A stretch of DNA of 64,000 nt from Pirellulales bacterium (lineage in GTDB: Bacteria; Planctomycetota; Planctomycetia; Pirellulales; PALSA-1355): NCBI GenBank assembly GCA_963733035.1, contig CAVTBU010000005.1:992001-1056000 (forward strand), in the 5' to 3' direction. Below are positions 1 to 11,456 of this stretch, in pieces. The position numbers and the translations under genes were made by a program. The notes under the pieces were generated by a model, which worked only from the letters and a program-made list of their open reading frames with translations, searched no databases and was not told where the DNA came from. Position 1 is the stretch's first letter. Every line of letters starts with the position of its first letter.

Positions 1-773
1 GCGCTACGGTGGCGTGCAGGCCGAACAGGTTCGCGACCTCGTCTTCGGTGCGATTTTTACCCGTGGCATAGATGACCTCAAATACACAGCTCTGTTCGTG
101 GGCGGTTCGGACGTCGCAGCTGGCGAAGAGCTATTGTCAAAGATCAAGAAAACGTTCTTCGGGCCAATGCGTGTCTCGGTAATGCTTGACTCTAATGGGG
201 CCAATACGACCGCCGCGGCTGCTGTGTTGAGTGCCGCACGGCATTGCCGGCTGCAAGGCGCTGAAGCTGTCGTGCTCGCGGCCACGGGGCCGGTAGGATC
301 CCGCGTCGTGCGACTGCTGGCGATGGAAGGCACCCGTGTGCGGGTTGCATCTCGGAACAGGGCACGCGCCGAGGCGGTCTGCCAAGCCGTTTTGGAACAA
401 ACTCCCGATGCCGAATTGAGACCTCTGGAACTACGCTCGGCCGATGCGGCAATCGAACCGTTGGCAGATGCTCAAATCGTCATTGCGGCCGTGCGCGCCA
501 GGTGTGGAATTGGCCACTATCTCGGCACGGTCGCAAAGCAAAACTCTGGAAGTCGCGATTGATCTAAGCGCCGTGCCACCTCTGGGACTTGCTGGTGTCG
601 AGGTCATGGACCGTGCTGTTGAGCGTGAGGGGATGACATGCTACGGCGCAATCGGAGTCGGTGGCACGAAAATGAAAATTCACAAAGCGGCGATTCGCGA
701 GCTGTTTGCTGATCACGATCGCGTGCTCGACGCCGAGGAAATCTATCGTCTAGGGCAGCAGATCGGCATCTGA
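1..773 (+). CDS. NAD(P)-dependent methylene-tetrahydromethanopterin dehydrogenase (Mtd family), 5'-truncated by window, apparent frameshift near 490
   Basis: Motifs GAIFTRG, DSNGANTTAAAAV and Rossmann LAATGPVG in ORF 14..562. The C-terminal IDLSAVPPLG...GAIGVGGTKMKIHK continues in another frame (ORF 444..773). Confidence 0.85.
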
Positions 774-799
774 ACGGGAGGAGGCTCCGGCTCCGACAG

Positions 800-1234
800 T
801 TACATTCGGCTGAGCAAGAGTAATGCAATAATCAGCAGGGCGAGTCCGCCAGCCATCAGGATCGTACTACGTCGCTGACGGCGGCGTGTTTTTTCCTCGC
901 GGCTCAAGGTCCGCACGGCGCGTTTTTCAGCGGGCCTCCCCGCTGTATTCTCGACGGCTTCGTCCGCATTCAACTCTTTGGCGGACATCTCTATTCGGAC
1001 TTTTCGGGACGTGCGGCCGGTTCCGATCGAAAGCGTGGGTTGAATAAAATCGAGGGCCGACGATTCCCCGACATCGTCACCGCTGGCGGTTTCTTCGGAC
1101 CGGGTAGCCGGCAACTCGTCGCGTATCGCCAGCGATTGCCCGCACTTCGGGCATGCGACCAGCTCGTTGGTAGCCCGATTTTCCAATCGAAACCGCCAAC
1201 TACAATGGGGACATGCAAATTCAAACGAAGGCAT
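800..1234 (-). CDS. small zinc-ribbon protein with C-terminal membrane anchor
   Basis: ATG at 1234; CPHC...CPKC motifs; basic stretch followed by a hydrophobic C-terminal helix. Confidence 0.7.
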   Translation of the reverse strand: MPSFEFACPHCSWRFRLENRATNELVACPKCGQSLAIRDELPATRSEETASGDDVGESSALDFIQPTLSIGTGRTSRKVRIEMSAKELNADEAVENTAGRPAEKRAVRTLSREEKTRRRQRRSTILMAGGLALLIIALLLLSRM

Positions 1235-1354
1235 CGTCCCGATACCCAGAAAGAGTTTTGACTGCCGCTTCAATTCCGACAATGCGGCTATTCTAGATTG
1301 GAAGCCGAGTTTGAGTAACCACAAACGGCAGTCAGCGCGGAGCCGAAAATTGGA

Positions 1355-2413
1355 ATGAGTCAAGTTTTTCGTACGTCGTTGCCACCGGGACAGCAACAAG
1401 TCGCAGCGGGAAAATGGCCGCTTGTTGGTGAACGCGCCCCACATTCGCTCAATGAATCCTGGAGCATGGATGTCAATGGTGAGGTCAAATGTCCCCGCGT
1501 ATTCTCGCTGGATGCACTGCTCGCGATGCCAAAACGCGAGCTGGTTGTCGACATCCACTGCGTGACTCGCTGGTCGAAACTTGCGGTGCGCTTTCAGGGT
1601 GTGCCGCTGGTCAATCTGATCACCGTCGTAGAGCCAACAAAAAGGGCACGTTTCGTATCGTTTGTCGCTCGGACGGAGCGCAACCACAGTACCTCACTTG
1701 CTCTGGATCAGGCATTGTCACTCGATTGCCTGGTCGCATTCGAGGCGGAGGGAAGGCCGCTCGCAACCGAGCATGGTGGGCCGGTACGGCTAATCGTGCC
1801 GCAGCGGTATTTCTACAAGAGCCTGAAATGGCTTTCGCGAATTGAACTTCTGGCCGAAGATCGCCTTGGATATTGGGAACGGACGGCGGGCTATCACAAT
1901 GGTGCCGATCCCTGGCGCGAGCAACGATATATCGCCAGTCGAATATCAAAAGGAGAAGCCGCGGCCATTCTTACGGGCCGGGACCTACGCCGTCGCAAGC
2001 TCTTGGGTCTGGTAGCCGAGGGGCGCGACTTAGCAGGTCTTCGAGCCGAAAGATCTGTATTACGCGATGCCAATTTTTCTGACTGCAGTCTGGTCGGTGC
2101 TTGTTTCGATGGCGCGAATCTGTCGAATGCTCATTTTGAACGCGCCTGCCTCCAGGGGGCAAGCTTCCGTGGTGCGGATCTTGACGGCGCGAACTTCGCC
2201 GGCGCCGACCTGCGGAGTGCCTGCCTGCTGGCTGACAGCATGGTAGCGGCGTCGTTCAGTGGCCCCGCAGTCAAGTCGCCGTCAGCTGGTGGCGCGCAGT
2301 TCGACGAGTCTACCCAATTCGCAACCCAACTCATCGAGCAGTTGACGCCGGTCCAACAGGCATATGTCCAAGCCGCATTGAAACGGAACCAGGAGCTACG
2401 GAATGCTGATTGA
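1355..2413 (+). CDS. molybdopterin-dependent oxidoreductase (sulfite oxidase/MsrP-like) fused to pentapeptide repeats
   Basis: DIHCVTRWS, HGGPVRLIVP..YFYKSLKWL, GYWE..GYH; C-terminal A(N/D)(L/F)xx repeats. Confidence 0.85.
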   Translation: MSQVFRTSLPPGQQQVAAGKWPLVGERAPHSLNESWSMDVNGEVKCPRVFSLDALLAMPKRELVVDIHCVTRWSKLAVRFQGVPLVNLITVVEPTKRARFVSFVARTERNHSTSLALDQALSLDCLVAFEAEGRPLATEHGGPVRLIVPQRYFYKSLKWLSRIELLAEDRLGYWERTAGYHNGADPWREQRYIASRISKGEAAAILTGRDLRRRKLLGLVAEGRDLAGLRAERSVLRDANFSDCSLVGACFDGANLSNAHFERACLQGASFRGADLDGANFAGADLRSACLLADSMVAASFSGPAVKSPSAGGAQFDESTQFATQLIEQLTPVQQAYVQAALKRNQELRNAD

Positions 2414-3113
2414 CAAGCTTGCCCCACTCGATGTGCTGGTTGTGGCACCGCACCCCGACGACGCCGAACTGGGAATGGGCGGAGCGATTGCGCAGTACAA
2501 GGCTGAGGGCTACCGCGTGGGGGTGCTCGACCTGACCGATGGCGAACCAACACCGTTTGGAAGCCCTGAAACTCGCGCTCAGGAGACGGCTGCGGCCACG
2601 GCAATTCTTGACCTCGATTGGCGCGGAAACTTGGGGCTACCCAACCGGAGCGTGCAAGCATCACTGGAAGCTCGAGCCGCTTTGGCCGCCGTGTTCCGCA
2701 AGCTGAGACCCCGCCTGCTGTTCAGCCCCTATTGGGTCGATGCCCATCCCGACCACATGGCGGCCGTAGAACTTATCGAGGCAGCTCGCTTCTGGTCGAA
2801 GCTTACAAAGACGGATATACCGGGTGAACCGCATCATCCTTCTCGAATTCTCTACTATAACTGTGTGCATCTGCGGTTGGTCGAGAAACCTGCCTTCATA
2901 CTCGATATCAGCAGGACCTGGGAGAAGAAGCTGGCGAGCATCCAGTGCTATCGCAGCCAGTTCATCACAGGTCGTCCAATGGCCCCACCGACATTTCTCG
3001 ACCGGCTCCGCGATCAGGCCGCCTATTGGGGTTGGTCGATCGGCACGTCCTATGGCGAAGCATTCGCGAGTCGCGAGCCGTTAGGGCTTGCCAGCATGCG
3101 AGATCTAGTTTAG
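2403..3113 (+). CDS. bshB1: PIG-L family deacetylase, BshB1-like
   Basis: APHPDDAELG, DLTDGE and DAHPDH motifs; overlaps the upstream gene. Confidence 0.8.
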   Translation: MLIDKLAPLDVLVVAPHPDDAELGMGGAIAQYKAEGYRVGVLDLTDGEPTPFGSPETRAQETAAATAILDLDWRGNLGLPNRSVQASLEARAALAAVFRKLRPRLLFSPYWVDAHPDHMAAVELIEAARFWSKLTKTDIPGEPHHPSRILYYNCVHLRLVEKPAFILDISRTWEKKLASIQCYRSQFITGRPMAPPTFLDRLRDQAAYWGWSIGTSYGEAFASREPLGLASMRDLV

Positions 3114-3538
3114 TCACGATCGTCAAATGCGGCATAGCCCGAAATTGCTAGGCCGCTCGGAACGACCGGAAAATTCCAAACGCCTCTCGGTTCGAATCGA
3201 TTGCTGATGGAGCGAGACCACGACGGCGGCCGGTTCGCCTGCGTTGCTGTCGATCGTCTTGGCAAAACGCCTGCGCCAGCAAAGTAAGCAGCCCGGCTAC
3301 TCCACGTAGCATGTCGCTTCGAGTCAGCGCGGATTCCGCGGTCGCACAGCGCTGACATGAATCTCAAACGGAATTGCACGCCGGACGGTTGTACCGATGA
3401 CCGCTTTTTAGGCCTTGAAAAACGCGAGTCGTGAAACGCGTGTCGAATCGCCGATAAGTAGGGTTGGAATAACTGGGTGAGAGCGGCAAGCAGCTGACCT
3501 CGCCTGCAAGCCTGCCGTGCACTGGAAGGAGCCTCGCA

Positions 3539-3787
3539 GTGAATCAAGACATCAACGTCCTGGCCTTGGTCAAAGGTGCTGAGCGCTACGTTTTTCTGTA
3601 CGACGACACGAGTCGTGCCGAGACCCTGCGCGTGCTGGGACGCTATGCCTCGAATCCAGAACTAAGCTTTACCTGGTACGATGCTGCCGTCCTGAGCCAA
3701 AAGATCCGTCAGGAATCTCGCAAGGCGCCGGCAGGCGTGCGGCGTTTCGACCTCCCGCTTCCAAGTGACGCCGACACCGACGAATAA
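3539..3787 (+). CDS. small conserved hypothetical protein
   Basis: GTG start after GAAGGAG RBS; protein-like 82 aa, directly upstream of xerC. Confidence 0.75.
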   Translation: MNQDINVLALVKGAERYVFLYDDTSRAETLRVLGRYASNPELSFTWYDAAVLSQKIRQESRKAPAGVRRFDLPLPSDADTDE

Positions 3788-3820
3788 TACCGGCAATTGC
3801 TGATTACCCTCGCAACCGCA

Positions 3821-4720
<900 letters not shown>

Positions 4721-4753
4721 CGTGAACGCGGATCTTATTTGACGTGCGTGTGG

Positions 4754-5386
4754 TCAAACCAATCCTTTGCGCACGGCCCAAACTGCCGCTTGCGTGCGGT
4801 CGGTAACCGCAATCTTTCGCAGGATGTTTTGCACGTGTTCCTTGACAGTCTCGATGCTGATCGAGAGCGAACGCCCAATTTCCTTGTTGCTCAGACCCAA
4901 CGCCACATGTCGCAACACTTGTGTCTCACGAGTCGTCAGAGGCACGTCCTGCTTGTTGCCGTTGGGATTCTTGCTCATTGCACCGGCTACCCTTTGGAGT
5001 TCGCCTTTGCTGGAGGGGGCCTTGCCTTCGGCGGCACCGGTGATCGTTGAGATCAGTTCCTGCCGACTGGCACCCTTGAGGACGTAGTCGCAGGCCCCCA
5101 ACGCGACGGCGCGAGCTACATATGTGGGGTTGTCGTACGTCGAGAGCATAATGACCCGCGTGTTCGGAAGTTGGCGATGTATTTTGTCGAGCGCTTCCAA
5201 GCCGTCGGTGCCGGGCATGCGAATGTCCAACAGCGCGACATCGGGTTTGTGCTTCATCGCCAGCTTCACAGCTTCAGCGCCATCGGCAGCTTCGGCCACG
5301 ATCTTTACATTCGACCCCGATAACAGGCTCGCTAGGCCAGTTCGCACCACCTCGTGGTCATCTGCCACTAACACTTTGACACTCAT
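4754..5386 (-). CDS. NarL/LuxR-family response regulator
   Basis: REC domain (VADDH, LLDIRMP) plus LuxR HTH (LTTRE..GLSNKEI..TVKEH); ATG at 5386. Confidence 0.92.
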   Translation of the reverse strand: MSVKVLVADDHEVVRTGLASLLSGSNVKIVAEAADGAEAVKLAMKHKPDVALLDIRMPGTDGLEALDKIHRQLPNTRVIMLSTYDNPTYVARAVALGACDYVLKGASRQELISTITGAAEGKAPSSKGELQRVAGAMSKNPNGNKQDVPLTTRETQVLRHVALGLSNKEIGRSLSISIETVKEHVQNILRKIAVTDRTQAAVWAVRKGLV

Positions 5387-6022
5387 AGTATCTCCAGGAA
5401 CGTGTAGTCGAAGGAGCGGCTTGGCTAGCGGAACCAAGCGCCGACATCGAATGAAACCTGCCCCACCACTTCGGCTTGAGTCTGGGGGTCTCCAGCCGGC
5501 CCAAGCTAATGATACCCGCGTTGTTGGTGCGGAAAAGTCCCCCCCCGAGCGTGCGGCGCTTACTTTATCGTCAGAATGCGCCATGGCGCAGGGTCAGCAC
5601 GACAATCGTCACTGCGCCCGTAGCTCATCGTTCTTGGGGATGTGCGAAGAAGCCCGTGTATTTGCACGTGCAATTCGCTTAAAACACCGTGATTTGTTGT
5701 TTGGCGACAACGTACGTCCAAACAAATAACCCATTGGTCTTTGGTTAGTACTCAATGCGACGAGTGAACATGGCGCTCACCACACCCGTTGTCGTTTTTT
5801 GACGACACCTTTCCCGTGACGTAGATATTTCACGACGCCTACCAAGTGCGCCACAAACTGACTGCGTCGTGTTGGGTTTTCGCCGCGTTTGCAGGACGCA
5901 CAAATCGCTCGGTACCGGATCGTGCCAAATTTGCCGAATCTACTGCCCGTGCACAACGGCTTGCTCTGACATTCGGGTGTCCACCGGCCGGTTATTTGTG
6001 CCCTCCAGACTTGGGAGTTCCA

Positions 6023-7408
6023 ATGAGCAAGGGGTCGCTGCTTCTGGTCGACGATGATCGACTTGTCCTCGAATCGATGGCCGACTGGCTTCGGGAAAAA
6101 GGGTATGCCCTCGATGTGGCCAACAGTTTTGCCGCGGCCCAGGCCGCAATTTCCAAGAAACAATACGATCTGATCCTACTGGATATCCGCTTGGGCGACG
6201 GCGATGGCTTCGATCTGTTGTCCGAATGCCGCCAGCGGCGGCCGGATAGCACCGTGATCTTTATCACCGGCTACGGCACCGTCGACACGGCCATGGAGGC
6301 CATTCGCGCCGGTGCTTTCGACCTGCTCACGAAGCCACTGATCGATGAGGAGCTCGAAATGGCGATCGAGCGTGCGTTGGCCCAGCGCGGAATCACGGAG
6401 GAAAATAAGAATCTCAAGGCTCAACTCGATCTGCGGTTTGGGCTGGAAAATGTCGTAGGTCACGACCACCGCATGTTGCGAGTCTATGACATGATCGACT
6501 CGGTGGCCGACACTAAAGCCACGGTCCTGATCACCGGTGAGAGCGGCACGGGTAAATCTCTTGTGGCCCGCGCAGTTCACCGCCGAAGCGCACGCCGAGA
6601 CAAACCATTCATCGAGGTGGCGTGTGGCGCCCTGCCGGAAACATTGCTCGAGAGCGAGCTGTTCGGCCATGTGGCGGGCTCGTTCACTGGTGCCACTGGC
6701 GAAAAGGAAGGCAAGTTCCTGCTGGCAGATGGCGGGACGATTTTCCTAGACGAAATAGGAACCGCCAGTCCGGCGATGCAGGTCAAACTGCTTCGCGTGC
6801 TGCAGGAGTTTCAGTTCGAGCCCGTCGGTGGCAACAAGACCCAGCACGTGGACGCACGAGTGATTCTGGCTACCAACGAGGACTTGACGAAGCTCGTGAG
6901 CGAAGGCCGCTTTCGCCAGGATCTGTATTATCGTGTCAACGTAATCAACGTCGAATTGCCCCCGCTGCGAGAACGGATCTCGGACATTCCGCTTCTAGCC
7001 AAACATTTCCTTGACGACGTTTGTGAGGAAGCCGGAAAGATAGTGCACGGCTTCACGCAAGACGCCCTGACTGCCTTGCAGCGGTATGCTTGGCCTGGCA
7101 ACGTGCGCGAACTGGAAAACGTCGTCGAACGAGCTGTCTTGCTAGGCAAGTCGGACGTGATCGATCTTGATGATCTGCCGCGTACCGTGGCGGCGGCCGG
7201 GCCGTCCAGTTCTGATGCTGTCGCCGGACGGACGCTCAAGGAGGCGCTCGCCGGTCCCGAGCGGCGGATCATTCTTGACGTTCTCGAAAGTAACGATTGG
7301 AACCGTTTTGCGACGGCCGAAATCCTCGGTATCAACCGCACCACGCTCTACAAGAAGATGAAGCGACTGGGGCTGGAAGAAAGCCGACGCCCGGCAAAGA
7401 CGGAATAA
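6023..7408 (+). CDS. sigma-54-dependent response regulator (NtrC/AtoC family)
   Basis: REC domain, GESGTGKS, ELFGH..GSFTGA, FLDEI, WPGNVREL, Fis-type HTH. Confidence 0.95.
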   Translation: MSKGSLLLVDDDRLVLESMADWLREKGYALDVANSFAAAQAAISKKQYDLILLDIRLGDGDGFDLLSECRQRRPDSTVIFITGYGTVDTAMEAIRAGAFDLLTKPLIDEELEMAIERALAQRGITEENKNLKAQLDLRFGLENVVGHDHRMLRVYDMIDSVADTKATVLITGESGTGKSLVARAVHRRSARRDKPFIEVACGALPETLLESELFGHVAGSFTGATGEKEGKFLLADGGTIFLDEIGTASPAMQVKLLRVLQEFQFEPVGGNKTQHVDARVILATNEDLTKLVSEGRFRQDLYYRVNVINVELPPLRERISDIPLLAKHFLDDVCEEAGKIVHGFTQDALTALQRYAWPGNVRELENVVERAVLLGKSDVIDLDDLPRTVAAAGPSSSDAVAGRTLKEALAGPERRIILDVLESNDWNRFATAEILGINRTTLYKKMKRLGLEESRRPAKTE

Positions 7409-7568
7409 GTCTTGCTAGCAGTGCGTCAATTTGGTCGGCCCGCGTCAATTGGACCATCCAACTCGCACGTGGGGAGTTGACCGGCCGAAGATACTGGTAC
7501 GAGCCGGGCATGCGTTGTCACGGCCCTACAGGCCTTCGCGGGTAGCCCCTGCTGCCGCTGGGAGACAC

Positions 7569-7871
7569 ATGGCGATGAATCGTTGGTCCTTTCGTCTATT
7601 GTTCGTGGGCGTTGCCCTGGCTCTCTGTGCACCTTCGTCGCAAGCGGGGAAGATTTTTCAGCGTATGCAGCGTGAGAAGCAGCAACATCCGCCGCGATAT
7701 GTCCGCGGCACGATGCAGCAAAACTATGTCTTCCGCGACCGCGATGGCAACATCAAGGTGCGGGAAGTCTACCCAGGTTACGCGGAGAAATTCCCGGCTC
7801 CGGCGATGTTCTTCTACGGCTATCCGCACAGCGGATACTTTACCGGCTTGGGCATAGACGGATCGCCGTGA
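7569..7871 (+). CDS. small secreted hypothetical protein
   Basis: GGAG RBS; signal peptide ending SQA. Confidence 0.65.
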   Translation: MAMNRWSFRLLFVGVALALCAPSSQAGKIFQRMQREKQQHPPRYVRGTMQQNYVFRDRDGNIKVREVYPGYAEKFPAPAMFFYGYPHSGYFTGLGIDGSP

Positions 7872-7980
7872 TCCGAGGCAATCTGAACCGGTCGGACCGA
7901 CACTCGACGGCAGAAACGACTTCGACGCGGCGTCTTCTGCTTTCAATTGCGGACACACTGAGGCCAAGGCCGTAGCGTCG

Positions 7981-8907
7981 TTAGGCGGCGTCGAAGGCGG
8001 CTCGCATTTCATCGACGTATCGGGGACAAGCCTCGCGCGGATTCTCGTTCTCTTCAAACTCCAGCACGATATAGCCGCGGTACCCCGCGTCGGCCACGAT
8101 TCGCGCCAAGCGGCCGAAATCGGCATGCTGGCGGCCACCACCTTCTGGCGAAATAGATACCTTCACCTGCACGTTGATCGCGTAGGGCGCTAGACGTGCT
8201 AATTCGGCGTAGGGATCCCGACTGTGGAAGTTCCCGGTGTCCAAGTTGACGCCAAACCAGGGACTTTGCACTGCCTTGACCAGGGCCAGCAATCCGTCGG
8301 CTGTCGCGGTCAGGCCACCGTGATTCTCCAACGCCAACATGACTCCGTGCTCTCCCGCGTACTGGCAGCATTCCTCGATTGCGGCCACTGCCAAGTTCCG
8401 GGCTTCGTCTTCGTCCGTGCCGTGCGGGTGACCGGAAAAAATGCGAATAACTGGCGCGCCCAGAATTGCGGCGTGATCGACCCAACGTTTGACGTGGGCA
8501 ATCTCGGCGTCTCGTTTTTCGCCGGGAGGATGACAAAAGTCATTGCCGACGGCCGTGCCAGACACATCGAGTCCAAGCAAGAAGCATTTATGTCGCAAGT
8601 CTCGTAGAAACTCGGGCGACGGATCGGCCGGAAAGTAGTACGACGTCAGTTCCGTGCCGTCGAGTCCCATCTTCGCGCAGTCCGCCACGAAATCGGCCAG
8701 CTCTAGTTTTTCACTCGGTGATTTGGCCTTCAGAAGATCTCGGTAACTGTATGCCGCCAGACTGTACTTGAAGAAGCTTTTGCCATTGCGTTTGATGGGT
8801 TCGATGGCCCGAACAAGCGTCGAACCATTGGCAGCCCATACTGAGACTCCGGTCGAAGCCAAGACACACTGACGGAGAAAATGACGACGGCTTGCGTGAG
8901 TGGACAT
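7981..8907 (-). CDS. sugar phosphate isomerase/epimerase (xylose isomerase-like TIM barrel), Tat-exported
   Basis: SRRHFL Tat motif; LALENHGG, NLDTGNF, GYIVLEFE. Confidence 0.85.
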   Translation of the reverse strand: MSTHASRRHFLRQCVLASTGVSVWAANGSTLVRAIEPIKRNGKSFFKYSLAAYSYRDLLKAKSPSEKLELADFVADCAKMGLDGTELTSYYFPADPSPEFLRDLRHKCFLLGLDVSGTAVGNDFCHPPGEKRDAEIAHVKRWVDHAAILGAPVIRIFSGHPHGTDEDEARNLAVAAIEECCQYAGEHGVMLALENHGGLTATADGLLALVKAVQSPWFGVNLDTGNFHSRDPYAELARLAPYAINVQVKVSISPEGGGRQHADFGRLARIVADAGYRGYIVLEFEENENPREACPRYVDEMRAAFDAA

Positions 8908-9051
8908 CGGTGCAGCGTCCTTCAGGTGAGCGGATTGTATGGATGACAATTGCACATCTTGGTGCCATTGTGGCACGAGTTGGAGACAAATGGCAACCGC
9001 CGCTCCGCAAGTGCAGCACGGCCTACCGGTCGTGGCAGCAAGAGTCCTTGT

Positions 9052-10017
9052 CTAAACGGCCTTCTGCCGGACGTTGGACTGCGGCTGCCGCTCACGATGA
9101 AGAATTGCTTCGACGGCGCTGGGCGAGACAAACGCCAGGCTCGCGATCATCAACATGAGGGCGAACGTGATGTCGCCCGTAACCATCGCCAGTGATGTCC
9201 AGACGATAACGCCGAGCGTCAGCAAGAGCGGCCGCGCCAGTGGTACCCAGATCAGCACCGGGAAAACTAGTTCGAAGGCAATCACGACATGGGTCCAAAA
9301 ATCGATGACGAGTGGTGACGTTTCAAGCCACGTAAAATCAACCAGCCGAGATTCGTGTCGCGTGATCAAAAACCAGATGCCACCCCCGTTCCACCACACG
9401 TCGCCACCGAGTTGCGAAAATCCCATCATTCCCACCAACAGCGCCATGTGGATCTGGATCAGGCGTGTGGAAATGGTGGCAGTCGTGGAAAGGGGCGCGT
9501 GAGGCACGCCCAACAGAGTGCCTTTACGCGCGGCGAGCAAGGCATCCACGGAGAATCTGCGGCCGCAGGGCGCGACGCACAAGTACAACATTACCATAGC
9601 CAGGATCGATTCGGTACGTCCCGTGATCATCGGCGCCCGATTGACCACCGATAGAAACACAACGAGCGCCAAAACTGATGTGATTCGCGTCCATACACCG
9701 GCGGCGAACATCACCAGGACGGCCAGTCCCAGCAGGTGCACAATCCACAACTCGGTCGTGCCGTAGACGTAGTTCAAGTACGAGAGTGTGTTACCCTCGA
9801 GTGGCGAGATATCGACTGCCGGCAGCATCCCGCCGGGACCAAAGAACGCCGCCAAGTCAAACGTTAGCGTGGCATGCAGGTAGACCACAACGAGCCCGGC
9901 AAGCAGACGGATCGCAGATACCGTCGCAGGGTCACTGGGAATAAACCAGAAACGAGTCCAGGCAGTACCAAACCCGTTCGAAAGTCGAGCAAAATAGGAA
10001 CCGGTTGGGTGGCTCAT
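9052..10017 (-). CDS. HTTM-domain (SdpB-like) membrane protein
   Basis: Multiple TM helices; W.RFWF, RLIQIH, WWNG and EL.FP.LIW motifs typical of HTTM proteins. Confidence 0.75.
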   Translation of the reverse strand: MSHPTGSYFARLSNGFGTAWTRFWFIPSDPATVSAIRLLAGLVVVYLHATLTFDLAAFFGPGGMLPAVDISPLEGNTLSYLNYVYGTTELWIVHLLGLAVLVMFAAGVWTRITSVLALVVFLSVVNRAPMITGRTESILAMVMLYLCVAPCGRRFSVDALLAARKGTLLGVPHAPLSTTATISTRLIQIHMALLVGMMGFSQLGGDVWWNGGGIWFLITRHESRLVDFTWLETSPLVIDFWTHVVIAFELVFPVLIWVPLARPLLLTLGVIVWTSLAMVTGDITFALMLMIASLAFVSPSAVEAILHRERQPQSNVRQKAV

Positions 10018-10739
10018 GGCCGCGAGCTCCTTGGTACCGCGGGCGCAGATCGGGACGGTGTGGGAGCCGGCGGTGCTGCGTTGTCTTCGACCGGAGCAAC
10101 TTCCAAAGTGGTCGACTTGCGTAGCAATTCGACACTGCCGCGGCTGACGATCACCTCGGCTTCGTAGACATTGCTCACGTTTTGTTCGGCGGCCCGGGCA
10201 ACATCGGCCAGGCTGGCCATTTGAGCAAGATCGGCCAATCCGAGCGCACGAATATGAATCACGCCGCCGGTAGCGTTCTCACGCCGCAGGAGCGATCCGG
10301 CGATCGCCTTAGGGAGAATGCTGGTAAGCCCATCCCCCATCTCGCCAGAGGCCAGCGTACCGGTGGCATTGACCAGTGCCTGATAGCGGCGGAATCGGAT
10401 CAGAGGCTGAAGCGGAGTTGGAGGCAGCGTCAAAGTCGCTGCAGAGCCGTCTGTTCGCTCGACGTCGACTTCGATCGAGTAGTCGACGTCAGTGGGGCCG
10501 GCATGGGTCAGGTGAAACCTCGCATATGGATAGCTCGTGGGCAGTGCAGTGAGATGCAGGTTCCGGAGGTAAGTCTCGAACAGGTTGTGCAGGCGTTCTT
10601 GCAAAACGCTTGGTCGAGTATAGGCTGAGACGGCCACAATCACCGCAAACAGATGCGCGAATAAAAGCAAACTGACCCACGTCCTGGTCTCGACGCTCCA
10701 CGTCGGCTCCGGAGTCTGCGTTTCGGACGGTGCTGTCAT
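10014..10739 (-). CDS. membrane-anchored partner of the HTTM protein (SdpA/DUF5819-like)
   Basis: Single N-terminal TM helix (LLLFAHLFAVIVAV); stop overlaps the HTTM gene start. Confidence 0.6.
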   Translation of the reverse strand: MTAPSETQTPEPTWSVETRTWVSLLLFAHLFAVIVAVSAYTRPSVLQERLHNLFETYLRNLHLTALPTSYPYARFHLTHAGPTDVDYSIEVDVERTDGSAATLTLPPTPLQPLIRFRRYQALVNATGTLASGEMGDGLTSILPKAIAGSLLRRENATGGVIHIRALGLADLAQMASLADVARAAEQNVSNVYEAEVIVSRGSVELLRKSTTLEVAPVEDNAAPPAPTPSRSAPAVPRSSRP

Positions 10740-10895
10740 CGTCAACTTCTTATCACCCAACGTCGTGTCATGTGTATGGTGGGAATTCACTATGGCCCGC
10801 ATGCCTCCATCGTCGTGGCGAGGCGTTTGGCTTGACGACCGGCGGGATGGGTGTACTTGGCGCGAAAGACCGTCATGACGCGACCATGATTCTAC

Positions 10896-10933
10896 AAAAA
10901 AAGCCGGACCTCAAGGAATGAGGTCCGGCTTTT
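10896..10933 (-). terminator. intrinsic terminator downstream of the Cys-rich gene
   Basis: A7-GCCGGACCTCA-aggaa-TGAGGTCCGGC-T4, a perfect 11-bp stem. Confidence 0.85.
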
Positions 10934-11063
10934 AAAGCCGTTCTACTCAGTTGAGCCGATCCGCCTGGACCAAAGGCGCCTTCAACTCCTCCGAGCTTAG
11001 TGACTGCGAATGACCAGCGTGCACCATTGCAAGTCACCAGGCAAAATCAACAAGGTCGCGTTA

Positions 11064-11456
11064 TCAGGCACTGGGAGCCGGAGCGGCCGGAGCCTCGGGA
11101 GCTGCAGGAGCTTCAGGGGCCGCCGGAGCTTCGCTACCGCTGCAAGCCGGGGCAGCGCCGCAGCAAGCCGGAGCGGCGCCGGCACATCCACAGCAGCGAT
11201 GCTTGCCAAACAAGCCGTGGCAGCGCTTGCGGCCATGACAACGATGACGGCCGTGGCAACGATGGCGACCGTGGCAGCCACCACAATCGGCACCACCGCA
11301 ATTGCCGCCGTCACATGCCGGAGCGCCACCGCAATCGCAGCCGCAACAACCGTGATGACGGAACAGACCGGCCGAGGCCGTCTTCTCGCTGCCGAGCAGC
11401 GACAGGCCGACGATCGCGAAGAACAACGCGATCCCGAAAACTAACGTGCGATTCAT
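11064..11456 (-). CDS. secreted Cys/His/Gly-rich repeat protein
   Basis: Signal peptide ending ASA; 17 Cys; CHGRHR repeats; EAPAAP tail; GGAGG RBS. Confidence 0.8.
   Translation of the reverse strand: MNRTLVFGIALFFAIVGLSLLGSEKTASAGLFRHHGCCGCDCGGAPACDGGNCGGADCGGCHGRHRCHGRHRCHGRKRCHGLFGKHRCCGCAGAAPACCGAAPACSGSEAPAAPEAPAAPEAPAAPAPSA

Noticed and set aside
5662..5673. 12-bp palindrome TTGCACGTGCAA between the two response regulators
   Set aside because: Single occurrence; could be an operator but has no supporting evidence.
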